Positions 9,590 to 18,216 of a stretch of DNA of 43,189 nucleotides are shown piece after piece (position 1 is the first letter of the stretch; every line of letters begins with the position of its first letter). This DNA is from Candidatus Kapaibacterium sp. (GTDB taxonomy: Bacteria; Patescibacteriota; Patescibacteriia; UBA9934): assembly GCA_044350705.1 (NCBI GenBank), contig JBILHA010000001.1, forward strand, positions 310,242 to 353,430, written 5' to 3'. Under the pieces are notes generated by a model, which was not told where the DNA came from, did not search any database, and worked only from the letters and a program-made list of their open reading frames with translations. A program made the position numbers and the translations under genes.

Positions 9590-9746
9590 GATGTAAAGCT
9601 GACTTTACATCTGTAAATTCATGTAAAAAATAGGTAAGTACCTCTTCTTTTTATTCCTTTTTATCACGTAAGTATACTTTACGTTTTGCATTTCACGACG
9701 CAATAAACATTTGGATTTTTGAAAGCCATGTAAAGCATACTTACGT
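9590..9746. repeat. Three related GTAA(A)G..CTT(T)AC palindromes
   Basis: GATGTAAAG-ctga-CTTTACATC (9590), ACGTAAGTATACTTTACGT (9666), ATGTAAAGCATACTTACGT (9728). Confidence 0.55.
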
Positions 9747-10022
9747 CAGTTTTTTACTCAAAAAAAGAAAAGGAATCCCATCCTTTCTCAGGATGAAAAG
9801 TTTCTCATTTCACTTTTCCTTAACCCGAAATCGGCAAGAGTTTTAAGAAGGTTGGTGATTGGCCGGCAGCTATTAAATGTTGCGAAGAGATTTTTTCAGG
9901 ATCGTTTTTTGCGGCAAAAGAAGATCCTTTTGACTTGCAAAATGTACGCATCTTGGATGTCTTGTGGAGTGGGACGGAAAAGGAGAGGACATGGGACTGT
10001 CCCTGTCATGGAAGCCGTTTTA

Positions 10023-10595
10023 CTAAAGAAGGTGAGGCGTTGAATGGACCTGCTGAGGGAGAGAAGACGCGGCTTGTTGTGCGTTTGTGATCAGTATTTT
10101 TCGCGTGCGTTCTATCTCTTTTTCAGGAAGTAATTTTTCTGTAAGCCTGAGAAAGAGGGGTACTTTCGTTTCGATCATGAATTTTCTGTTTTCTTTTGAG
10201 AGGCCGTGACATTGCGTGAGATTGTCTGCGATATCTGCGATTTTAATGTGCCATGCATCTTTATCTCCCGCTTCCGTGAGTTTTGCCATCATAAATAGCC
10301 ATCTTTCCGTGTTGTCTTCGATGTCCATGCGATGAGAGCAAAGTTCTATGAGGTCAATGATGCGGTCGGTGCATCCCAGGATGCGAAGTTCTTCAAAGCT
10401 TACCTCTCCATCTTCAATAATGTCATGAAGGAGGCCGGCAATGGCAACCTCCCGGTTTTCCGAATCGCTTGTTTCTTTGATGAGATCTCGTACGCGAAAA
10501 GAATGGCGATAATTCGGTTCGTCCGGCAATCCTTTCCGGTGTCCGGTAATTTTTTGTGTAACGAGTTGTTCGGCCTTCTTTTCCAATTCTTCCAT
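10023..10595 (-). CDS. HD-domain hydrolase, small alarmone hydrolase (Mesh1/SpoT-HD)-like
   Basis: HRKG..EPNYRH..RV, AGLLHDIIED, IKIADIADNL; no synthetase domain. Confidence 0.75.
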   Translation of the reverse strand: MEELEKKAEQLVTQKITGHRKGLPDEPNYRHSFRVRDLIKETSDSENREVAIAGLLHDIIEDGEVSFEELRILGCTDRIIDLIELCSHRMDIEDNTERWLFMMAKLTEAGDKDAWHIKIADIADNLTQCHGLSKENRKFMIETKVPLFLRLTEKLLPEKEIERTRKILITNAQQAASSLPQQVHSTPHLL

Positions 10596-10632
10596 ATAAG
10601 GCTTATTTTACTTTATTTTATGGTGTTTTTTA

Positions 10633-10660
10633 TTGACAAATTGAGGCAAGAGTGTATGCT
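10633..10660 (+). promoter_or_regulatory. Sigma70-type promoter of GC-rich cassette 1
   Basis: TTGACA-16-TATGCT; 7-bp inverted repeat AGGCAAG/CTTGCCT overlaps the -10. Confidence 0.6.
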
Positions 10661-10701
10661 TGCCTTCCGCTGCACTACTTTTGTCCTTCCATGAGGTGGA
10701 A

Positions 10702-11121
10702 ATGGCGCTGGTCGTATTGCCCGCGATGGGCATTGATCTCGGCTTCTGCGGGGCCGATGATCACATTCTGGTGGGCGTCGGGGGAAATCGCTTCGGCGTG
10801 TACCCTGAGTACTACACCAACGAGGAAGGTCTGTTCTTTAAGCTGGAGTTGTGGTGCAGTGAGGAGGATCTCTTCGCTGCCATCGACGCTCTGGTTGAGG
10901 ATCGTGACCCCGCTTCGCCCGATGTTCTGGAGGTCCTCCTCCGGGGCTGGAAGGGGGCTCGTGCGAAGGACGAGCTCAAGGGCGATCTCACTCTCCGCCA
11001 GGAGACGAAAAATCGTCTCGTGCGGGAGCTTCGTAGTTTCCGCAACGGTCCGTGGAGCGCCTATGTTGCTCAGCAGACCGATCATTTTCGTGGCCTTCGC
11101 AGGCCCGATCCCGTCAGTTAG
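10702..11121 (+). CDS. GC-rich orphan hypothetical protein (139 aa)
   Basis: GAGGTG SD before ATG 10702, promoter upstream, tandem hairpins downstream, G/C-ending codons in this frame. Confidence 0.7.
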   Translation: MALVVLPAMGIDLGFCGADDHILVGVGGNRFGVYPEYYTNEEGLFFKLELWCSEEDLFAAIDALVEDRDPASPDVLEVLLRGWKGARAKDELKGDLTLRQETKNRLVRELRSFRNGPWSAYVAQQTDHFRGLRRPDPVS

Positions 11122-11192
11122 CTCTTCTGAGCACTGACGGGGGGGGGTTCTGACCGGTGTCCCTCGTGGGGTGCCGGTCATTCTGTTTTTTT
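11110..11192 (+). terminator. Tandem hairpins and terminator of cassette 1
   Basis: CCCGTCAGT..GCTC-ttct-GAGC-ACTGACGGG, then TGACCGGTGTCCC-tcgt-GGGGTGCCGGTCA (G-U pairs only on +) followed by a T-rich tract. Confidence 0.7.
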
Positions 11193-11230
11193 CGTCTGTC
11201 TGATTTTTGTCACGAGCCGGGATGACTTTC

Positions 11231-12232
11231 TTATTCTGTAATTTCTCTGCCGAGAGTATATGCGGAGTAAAAGCTGTCTGGAAGATCTTTTACCTGTTTT
11301 GTCCAATCTGTTCCGTAGAGTTTTTTTGCGGTTTCTTCGCTTGCTATGCCTTGGAGAGTTCCATTTTCGGCAATGTGATACACCGTGGGTACGCTCTGGA
11401 GTTTGATCAAATAAGACCCAGGTTTTGGCATGACCGCGCCCTTCAAGGGAATGCGGCCCATTTCTTCTTTACTGATAAACTTTACTGATGAGAAGTTGGG
11501 GTACCAAGAGTAGAATGCATCTTCATTCTGGAAGACATATCTTCCCCCATCTTGTCCGCAGTAATAGACGGTTGAGAATTCTTCCGTACGAATGAGGCTG
11601 TTTGATGTGCAGAACGCTTCTTTTTCAGCAAGAGGAATTTCCTGGTTTTCATTAATCGTGAGTGAAGTTTGTGCGGCTTCGAGCTTTGGCGCAGAGAGAT
11701 AATTTGCGTATGCAGCCACGAGAGATTCGTACGGGTTGATCGGCGTACTTCCGTTATAAATTTGGAAGTGGAGGTGCGGCGCCGTGTTTTCGGCATTTCC
11801 GCTGTCGCCTACCCATCCGAGAAGCTGACCTTCGTTTACGTAAACTCCCTCTTTTACGCCAGGAGCATAGGCATTTTTTGCACCACCACGGCCATCATCA
11901 GTACCGGGGGTATCATTATTTAGGTGGATATAGTGATACGTTTTTTTGTCGTCTCCTGCGATCGTAATCATGTATCCGTAACTTGGCTCATTCATGGGAG
12001 CGAAGGTGATTACGCCGCTTGCTGCAGCGACCACGGGGGTCATTTTATCTGCCATGATATCTGTTGCGTGGTGCGTGCGTCCACCTCCGCGTGTGTGAAG
12101 AAAATCGTTGATAAACGTTACTTCACCTTGCACTGGGAAGGTGATGTCGCTTGTTGCTGCGTGAGTGATAAAAGGGAATGAGAACATTCCGACGCACAGG
12201 AATGTGAAAAATGAAAAAATGTAAAAATGCAT
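11231..12232 (-). CDS. Secreted M23 family peptidase with C-terminal surface domain
   Basis: Signal peptide ending THAA; HHATD, YIHL, VGDSGNA..TAPHLHF; C-terminal VYYCGQDGGRYVFQNEDAFYSWY domain. Confidence 0.88.
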   Translation of the reverse strand: MHFYIFSFFTFLCVGMFSFPFITHAATSDITFPVQGEVTFINDFLHTRGGGRTHHATDIMADKMTPVVAAASGVITFAPMNEPSYGYMITIAGDDKKTYHYIHLNNDTPGTDDGRGGAKNAYAPGVKEGVYVNEGQLLGWVGDSGNAENTAPHLHFQIYNGSTPINPYESLVAAYANYLSAPKLEAAQTSLTINENQEIPLAEKEAFCTSNSLIRTEEFSTVYYCGQDGGRYVFQNEDAFYSWYPNFSSVKFISKEEMGRIPLKGAVMPKPGSYLIKLQSVPTVYHIAENGTLQGIASEETAKKLYGTDWTKQVKDLPDSFYSAYTLGREITE

Positions 12233-12261
12233 AAAGCCCAAATAGCGTAGCAGATTTTCAA

Positions 12262-12291
12262 AAAAATCCCCAGTTTTCGTTGGGGATTTTT
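12262..12291 (-). terminator. Terminator after cruF-like gene
   Basis: AAAAATCCCCA...TGGGGATTTTT, followed by a T-run on the minus strand. Confidence 0.65.
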
Positions 12292-12292
12292 G

Positions 12293-13021
12293 CTAGTGGA
12301 AAAAAGGCCGCGCAAAGAATGGGAGCAATATTAATCCTATAAAGATGGGGAGAACGAAGAGAAAACCTCCGGCTGCTCCTGTCCAAAATCCTACAAGCAC
12401 CATTCCTCCCATGAGGAGCAATGAGATGTCCGTTTTTGGTTTCCAGATATATGCGCAGATGGTGTGCATGATGAGACCGCTCAGCACCCATCCGAAAAAA
12501 TTTTGTAAAGGAACGCCGTAATAAACCCCTGGCTTTTCCCATGACCAATACTTTAGTGCGGTAAGTGTTGGGTCGAGTACGAGGTCGATGCTTACAAGAA
12601 TGATGGTCGCGAGGATAATGCGGCTAAAGATGCTGTTTGTATATTTTTCTCCAAGCGCATGGGCTATAAAGAGTAGTGGAGGAAATGCGATACTTACGGT
12701 CCAGGGTACGAGATTTCCTATTTTTTCCCCAAGCGCATCTCCATAGGTGAATGAACTGTAAGGAAATCCTGTCGCGACCCCAATGCTTTCTATGATGAGC
12801 GCACTTATTCCGATTGCGGCCATGAGCAAGAAGGCACGAAAGGTTCCTTGGGCTTTTTGCAGTGCGAAAAATGTGCCTGCCGCAATAGCTCCTAAGCTCA
12901 TGATGGCGTAGAGAGGATGCTGCGTTGTTTGTGCTAGTTGGGGAAAGAAAAAACCTGCTATCATGCTTCCAAACACGATCATCCCACCTATGAACATGTC
13001 TTTTTCTCGGATTTTACGCAT
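12293..13021 (-). CDS. cruF: Carotenoid hydratase CruF (DUF422/bisanhydrobacterioruberin hydratase-like); start uncertain (13021, 12997 or 12982)
   Basis: IESIGVATGFPYSSFTYGDALG.K...VPW, DLVLDP......WSW...G.YYGVPLQNFFGW; multi-TM; crt context. Confidence 0.85.
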   Translation of the reverse strand: MRKIREKDMFIGGMIVFGSMIAGFFFPQLAQTTQHPLYAIMSLGAIAAGTFFALQKAQGTFRAFLLMAAIGISALIIESIGVATGFPYSSFTYGDALGEKIGNLVPWTVSIAFPPLLFIAHALGEKYTNSIFSRIILATIILVSIDLVLDPTLTALKYWSWEKPGVYYGVPLQNFFGWVLSGLIMHTICAYIWKPKTDISLLLMGGMVLVGFWTGAAGGFLFVLPIFIGLILLPFFARPFFH

Positions 13022-13841
13022 AAGTCGTCCTCGCTTTTGGATATATATTTTTGGTCCCTACCTTTTAGGCGCTTGTGCTGCGTTACTCGCAGCTGACACA
13101 TGGTCATTTTCTTGGCAAACGCTTCTTTTTGCAACTTACTTTCTTTTTTCCGCCAATCTTCTTATTTACGGCGTGAATGATATTTTTGATTATGAGACTG
13201 ATCGGTTAAATCCCAAGAAGCAAGGATATGAGGAGCTTGTGCGGCCGGAAGATCGTAAGCCACTTTGGTTTGCGATTGCCGTTTCCCACATACCCTATCT
13301 GCCCGCGCTCGTTTTCTTAGATTCTCGTGCCCTGCTCATGCTCGCGGGTTTTTGGTTCTTTTCTCTTGGATATTCTCTTCCACCGCTTCGTGCAAAAGCG
13401 CGACCATTTTTTGATTCTTTTTTTAATGTTCTTTACGTATTTCCTGCTTTTTTTTCGTATGTTCTTGGCGGGGGAGGAGCATTGTCCTGGCAGGTTGTTT
13501 TCGCGGCATGCTGTTGGGTTATGGCGATGCACGCATTTTCCGCAGTCCCCGATATCTCCGCGGATACGCATGCGGGCGTGCATACGATTGCTACGGTTCT
13601 TGGAAAAGGGCGCACGATTTTCTTATGCGGGTTTCTCTATGCTCTTTGCGCTTTTTTTGCGCTCCCCTCGCTCGAGTGGCTTGCCATTTATTTGGGGCTT
13701 GCGTACGTCCTCCTTATGATTTTTGCTTACTCTTCTTCCGATATCATGCGAATATATCGTCTATTTCCATGGGTGAATACGTTTGCAGGATTTTCCCTCT
13801 TTCTTTTCTTTGCTTTACAGCTGGTGCAGCGGCTCGGCTGA
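12990..13841 (+). CDS. lyeJ: UbiA-family prenyltransferase, lycopene elongase LyeJ/CrtEb-like
   Basis: SRPRFW.Y..GP, NLLIYGVNDIFDYETDRLNPKK, YSLPPLRAKARPFFDS..N.LY, MAMHAFSAVPDI..D; sits between crtI and cruF. Confidence 0.82.
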   Translation: MNMSFSRILRISRPRFWIYIFGPYLLGACAALLAADTWSFSWQTLLFATYFLFSANLLIYGVNDIFDYETDRLNPKKQGYEELVRPEDRKPLWFAIAVSHIPYLPALVFLDSRALLMLAGFWFFSLGYSLPPLRAKARPFFDSFFNVLYVFPAFFSYVLGGGGALSWQVVFAACCWVMAMHAFSAVPDISADTHAGVHTIATVLGKGRTIFLCGFLYALCAFFALPSLEWLAIYLGLAYVLLMIFAYSSSDIMRIYRLFPWVNTFAGFSLFLFFALQLVQRLG

Positions 13842-15329
13842 GGTGTCTCCGGTTAGTCGCTTATAGACGAGCTGAGCGCTAATGAGGCACATGGGCATGC
13901 CAATTCCTGGGTTGGTATTTCCCCCTACGTAAAAGAGGTTTTTTACTTTTTTGCTTTGTGTATCTGGTCGGAAGATCGCGGTTTGCCAGAGTGTGTGCGC
14001 GAGCCCAAGTGCGGTTCCTTGGTATGCGTTATACATGTCACGGAAGTCGCTTACGCAAAATGATTTTTCGTAGACGATGCGTTCGCGAAGATTGGGAATG
14101 TGCATTTCTTTTTCCATGGTAGCGAGCACTTGTTCCCGTGCCTTTTCCCGTTCTTTTGCGCCATCTTTAAGTCCTGCGGCAATAGGGACGAGCACGAACA
14201 AGTTTTCATGATGTTCAGGTGCTACGCTTGGATCGGTGACACTTGGCGCACATACGTAAAAAGAAGGATCTGTTGGCCATTGCGGGGTGTCGAAGATTTC
14301 TCCAAAGTTCTTTTTCCAATCTTGCGAGAAGAGAAGATTGTGATGGGTAAGGGAAGGGATGCGATCTTTTACCCCAAGATAGAGAATGAATGCGGAGGGT
14401 GCGAGTGTTCGTTTTTCCCAGTAGTCTTCACTGAATGAGCGTTCTTCTTTTGCGAGGAGTTTTTGTTCGGTGTGTGCGATGTCGGCGTTTGATACAACGA
14501 TATCCGCTTCAATAAATGATCCGTCTGTAAGCTCGACACCTATCGCTTCTTTATTTTTTGTACGAATGCGTGATGCAGTGGTTTGTGTTTTGCATACGAC
14601 ACCATGCTTTTCGCAGATGCGCACGAGTGTTTTGATGATTTCGTAAATACCACCTTGCGGGTAATACACACCCATGTTGAAATCGATGTGTGACATGATG
14701 CTGTAAAGTGCGGGAGTGTTGTAGGGGGAGCTTCCGAGAAATACCAAAGGATATTGCATGATTTTTTGTACTTCACTTGTTGCGAAATACTTTTTTACAT
14801 AGGTATCCATGGTTGAAAAAACGGAGAGTTTTATTCCGTCGGTCATGATTTCTCTTGTAAAGAAATCAAGAAGAGAATTGTAATTTTTATAAATAAAACG
14901 TGCTTTTGCAATGTCGTATTGCATTTTTGCACGTGAAAGATATTTTTCTAATTTTTCGCTCGATCCTGGTTCGAGTTTTTCGAATGTTTCTTTGTCTTTT
15001 GTGAGATCGGAATAGATGTCGACTTCTTTTCCGGTGTTTTTAAAGAAGATGCGATATGAAGGGGAGAGCTTTTTCAATGCAAGATGCTCCTCGACGCGTT
15101 CTCCGAGAAGTGAAAAATATTGTTCGAAAATATCGGGCATGAGATACCACGATGGTCCCATGTCAAAACGAAAACCTTCCGCTTCAAAGATGTTCGCGCG
15201 GCCTCCGAGATGTTCGTTCTTTTCGAGAACGGTTACATGAGCACCTTTTTTTGCAAGAAGCGCTGCGGTGCCTAAACCTCCGAATCCCGATCCAATGATG
15301 ACTACTTTTTTGTTTTTGATGTTGTCCAT
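13815..15329 (-). CDS. crtI: Phytoene desaturase family (CrtI; CrtD activity not excluded)
   Basis: GSGFGGL, LEKN...GGRA, FRFDMGPSWYLMPD, YYPQGG, GTALGLAHTL.QTA.FRP, PGIGMPMCLISA. Confidence 0.92.
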   Translation of the reverse strand: MDNIKNKKVVIIGSGFGGLGTAALLAKKGAHVTVLEKNEHLGGRANIFEAEGFRFDMGPSWYLMPDIFEQYFSLLGERVEEHLALKKLSPSYRIFFKNTGKEVDIYSDLTKDKETFEKLEPGSSEKLEKYLSRAKMQYDIAKARFIYKNYNSLLDFFTREIMTDGIKLSVFSTMDTYVKKYFATSEVQKIMQYPLVFLGSSPYNTPALYSIMSHIDFNMGVYYPQGGIYEIIKTLVRICEKHGVVCKTQTTASRIRTKNKEAIGVELTDGSFIEADIVVSNADIAHTEQKLLAKEERSFSEDYWEKRTLAPSAFILYLGVKDRIPSLTHHNLLFSQDWKKNFGEIFDTPQWPTDPSFYVCAPSVTDPSVAPEHHENLFVLVPIAAGLKDGAKEREKAREQVLATMEKEMHIPNLRERIVYEKSFCVSDFRDMYNAYQGTALGLAHTLWQTAIFRPDTQSKKVKNLFYVGGNTNPGIGMPMCLISAQLVYKRLTGDTSAEPLHQL

Positions 15330-16174
15330 AGTGAAATGAGGATGCGAATTTTTTCGGTGAATGAAGTTTTTGCTCGGGATGTGAAGATGTTGTAGTTTTG
15401 CTGTTCTATTTTTCGTAAAATTTCTTGATAGAGTCTGCTTGCGAGAAGGACCGCAAAGCGCCCACGTTTTTCAAGAAGTGCGATGCCGAGCGTGGCTTCT
15501 TGATACAGTGCATCGGCGCGTGCGATCTCTTCTTTGAGAAGTGCGGTCATGTTTTCTGACATTCGCTGATGAGCAATGTCGGACTCGGTAACGTGATGCT
15601 TGCGCAGATCTTCTAAAGGAAGATAAATGCGACCCCGTGTTTCAAAATCTTCCTTGATATCACGAAGAAAATTTGTGAGTTGCATGGCGTATCCGAGCTT
15701 CTTTGCGTATTCGAGCGCTGTCGGATCTTTGTATCCGATGACATATGTCATCATGAGGCCAACGACTGCCGCTGATCCATACATATACTGTTCAAGATCC
15801 GCATAGGTTTCGTATCGGCACACGCTGAGGTCTTGTTCCATGGCGTGTAAAAAATCTTCAGCGTATGTTTTTGGAATGTGATACGTATGAAAAACCGCGC
15901 TTGTTGCGCGAAGTACGGGATGCGATGAAGTTTGCTTTTCGTACGCGTCATCCCATTCTTTTATGAATGCATTCAGCGCCTTTTGCTTTTCTTGATGCGA
16001 TTGATTTGGTGATGAATCTACAATTTCGTCGGGAACTCTAAAAAATGCGTAGAGGACGTGCGTGGCATCACGGAGATGTTTTGGAAAAAGACGCGTGGCG
16101 AATGCATAACTTTTTCCATGATATTCATGGATTTTTTTGCATATGAGCACGTCTTCGGGTTGAAGCGTCTTCAT
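15302..16174 (-). CDS. crtB: Phytoene synthase
   Basis: HGKSYAFAT, LYAFFRVPDEIVD, MEQDL, YMYGSAAVVGLM, AMQLTNFLRDIKED, GRIYLP; ATGA overlap with crtE stop. Confidence 0.93.
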   Translation of the reverse strand: MKTLQPEDVLICKKIHEYHGKSYAFATRLFPKHLRDATHVLYAFFRVPDEIVDSSPNQSHQEKQKALNAFIKEWDDAYEKQTSSHPVLRATSAVFHTYHIPKTYAEDFLHAMEQDLSVCRYETYADLEQYMYGSAAVVGLMMTYVIGYKDPTALEYAKKLGYAMQLTNFLRDIKEDFETRGRIYLPLEDLRKHHVTESDIAHQRMSENMTALLKEEIARADALYQEATLGIALLEKRGRFAVLLASRLYQEILRKIEQQNYNIFTSRAKTSFTEKIRILISLWTTSKTKK

Positions 16175-17196
16175 ACGCGTCGGGATTCGAGGAGGGCGAT
16201 GAGCGTTTCCCATTCCTGTTTTATATCGTCATGAAAGGGCGCGTGCATAAGCGCTGTTCGAGCCTCGGCAAAAGCGTGATTGATTTCGCGCGTTGCGAAA
16301 TGGAGCGCTCCTGAATTTTGCAAGACTTTTCGGAGCGTTTCCTTTTCTTCGTTGGAGAGTTTTTTCCCTAGGCTCGTTCGAAGTATTTTTTGCTGTTCGG
16401 CGTTCCCTTTTTGAAAGACGTAGTGCGTGATAAGCGTCTGTTCGCCTTGTTCAATGTCACGCATGCTGTCTTTTTTAATTTCTTCTTCTTGCGCGGTAAC
16501 ATCAAAGAAATCATCTTGCATCTGAAAGGCTCTTCCGAGGGCAATGCCGATATCCTTTGCTGAAGCGAGTTCGTTTTCTGTTGCTCCTGCGATGTGCATG
16601 CCTAATTGCAGTGGGCGTACGAAGGTGTAGCTGCCGGTTTTCAAGTCGATTTTTTTTAGAATAGTCTCTTGCGTTACCGTTTCTTGTTTCATGCAGCCTA
16701 CGTCGATCATTTGCCCGGTCACTACTTCGTCAATCATGCTAAAAAAAGTTTCGTGGCATGCGATGGGAGCTTCTCTGAGGAGTTCCATTGACCAAGCGTA
16801 TACAAGATCGCCGACAAGAAGCGCTTGAGAAAGTGCGAGATGATCGCGTTCTTTTTCTTTCTGAAACTGTTCTTTGGCTTTTGTTTCAATCGTTGGAATT
16901 CCTCGACGTGTTTTTGCTTTGTCGATGATGTCGTCGTGAATAAGTGCAAAGCCATGAAAAAGCTCGATTGCTATGCCGAGTTTTGTTGCCATGGAGGAAT
17001 CTCCCTTTGTTGTTTGTGCGCCCAGAGAAATGATGTATGGACGTACCCGTTTTCCCCCGGAAAGGAGAGGAAGGAGATGGTCTATGAGTTCTTCTACGAT
17101 GGGTTCAGGAAATGTGTTTTTATACCGCATTATCCTTTCCTGGAGATGAGCGTTGAATGTTGGGCTAAATTGCGAGATGAAATGCGCGAGGTCCAT
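16171..17196 (-). CDS. crtE: Polyprenyl (geranylgeranyl) diphosphate synthase
   Basis: GGKRVRP, ELFHGFALIHDDIID...RRG, GQMID, KTGSYTF, FQMQDD. Confidence 0.88.
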   Translation of the reverse strand: MDLAHFISQFSPTFNAHLQERIMRYKNTFPEPIVEELIDHLLPLLSGGKRVRPYIISLGAQTTKGDSSMATKLGIAIELFHGFALIHDDIIDKAKTRRGIPTIETKAKEQFQKEKERDHLALSQALLVGDLVYAWSMELLREAPIACHETFFSMIDEVVTGQMIDVGCMKQETVTQETILKKIDLKTGSYTFVRPLQLGMHIAGATENELASAKDIGIALGRAFQMQDDFFDVTAQEEEIKKDSMRDIEQGEQTLITHYVFQKGNAEQQKILRTSLGKKLSNEEKETLRKVLQNSGALHFATREINHAFAEARTALMHAPFHDDIKQEWETLIALLESRRV

Positions 17197-17242
17197 ACTG
17201 CCCTAATAAGCGGCTTTAGTGTATCACGTTTGCCCTATTTCA

Positions 17243-17710
17243 TCAGGAATTGAGCAGGTATGCAACAAGAAGCATGAGTGCGCTCCACCAGCCGATATCC
17301 GAGATAATGAGACTTATTGCAATGCGCTTTTGCCAGGAGGGAGGAAGTATTTTGTGTGATTTCCCTTCTTTTTCTCGTTTGATCAGATACGGACTTACTG
17401 AGCAAGAGAGAAAACACCCGTTGAGAAGAAGAATACTCGCAATGCATGCGTGCATGAGGGGTATTCCTGAAAGCGTTTCGTTTCGATAGAAAAGAAGCCC
17501 TCCGAAGATTGCGAGGCAGATACCTGTCCAAATCATGGGTTTGGTGACTTTGTGCGTGCGCGTGGTAGCTTCCGTCCAATATTCCGATTTCATTCCGAGG
17601 AAACCATGAATGTCGATGACCGTTACCGCGCCAAGACCAATGACAAATCCTGCGAGCAAAAGAAAGAGCCCGAAGAAGTCGATGGGGTTAATTGAGAGTC
17701 CAAAAAGCAT
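17243..17710 (-). CDS. Four-TM membrane hypothetical protein
   Basis: Hydrophobic segments, GFVIGLGAVTVID.HG motif; co-directional between tspO and crtE; start moved to ATG 17710. Confidence 0.7.
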   Translation of the reverse strand: MLFGLSINPIDFFGLFLLLAGFVIGLGAVTVIDIHGFLGMKSEYWTEATTRTHKVTKPMIWTGICLAIFGGLLFYRNETLSGIPLMHACIASILLLNGCFLSCSVSPYLIKREKEGKSHKILPPSWQKRIAISLIISDIGWWSALMLLVAYLLNS

Positions 17711-18191
17711 AATTGAGATAGGTTGCGAATGATACCCAGAGAAGGTATGGCACAAGGAGCCATGCGGCCGTTTTTGAAATACGTGAAAAAAGTATGATGG
17801 TTGCTACGATTGCAAACCAAAGTACGATGATCTCACCAAGTGCCGCGGCGATATTTTGTGCGCCAAAGAAAAGAATTGACCAGAGGGCATTGAGGATGAG
17901 TTGTGTGAAGAATATCGTCAGGGTGATTTTGCCGTGTGTGGTATGTCGGGCCTTTTCCCATACGAGAAATGCCGCGTATCCCATGAGTGTGTAGAGCGTT
18001 ATCCATACAGGTCCAAAGAGCCATGATGGGGGAGTGATTGCTGGTTGCTCGAGGGTAACATACCAATTTTTTACCGAGTTAGCGGTGAACAACGATCCAA
18101 TGATTCCTGCGCTTTGTGAGAGGGCGATAAACAATGCGATGGGTTTCCATGCTTGTTTTCGTGCGTGCTGTTTTCTCGGAGCATTTCGCAT
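17688..18191 (-). CDS. tspO: TspO/MBR (CrtK) tryptophan-rich sensory protein
   Basis: WYVTL.QP..TPPSWLFGPVWITLY, QLILNALWSILFFG, LLVPYLLWVSFATYLN. Confidence 0.93.
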   Translation of the reverse strand: MRNAPRKQHARKQAWKPIALFIALSQSAGIIGSLFTANSVKNWYVTLEQPAITPPSWLFGPVWITLYTLMGYAAFLVWEKARHTTHGKITLTIFFTQLILNALWSILFFGAQNIAAALGEIIVLWFAIVATIILFSRISKTAAWLLVPYLLWVSFATYLNYAFWTLN

Positions 18192-18216
18192 ATGCCCTTA
18201 GTGTACCTTGCTCAAA

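Noticed and set aside
9592-9609. Exact TyrR/PhhR box TGTAAA-N6-TTTACA
   Set aside because: Lies between convergent genes with no aromatic amino acid genes nearby, and TyrR is not expected in this lineage; kept only as a generic palindrome
10652-11181. Alternative overlapping ORFs 10652-11137 (+) and 10675-11181 (-)
   Set aside because: Long open frames are expected at high GC; only the 10702 frame has an SD, promoter, terminator and G/C-ending codons
12960-13860. Invertase-driven phase-variable inversion of lyeJ
   Set aside because: No inverted repeats at the boundaries and no recombinase nearby; both ends are locked into overlapping reading frames
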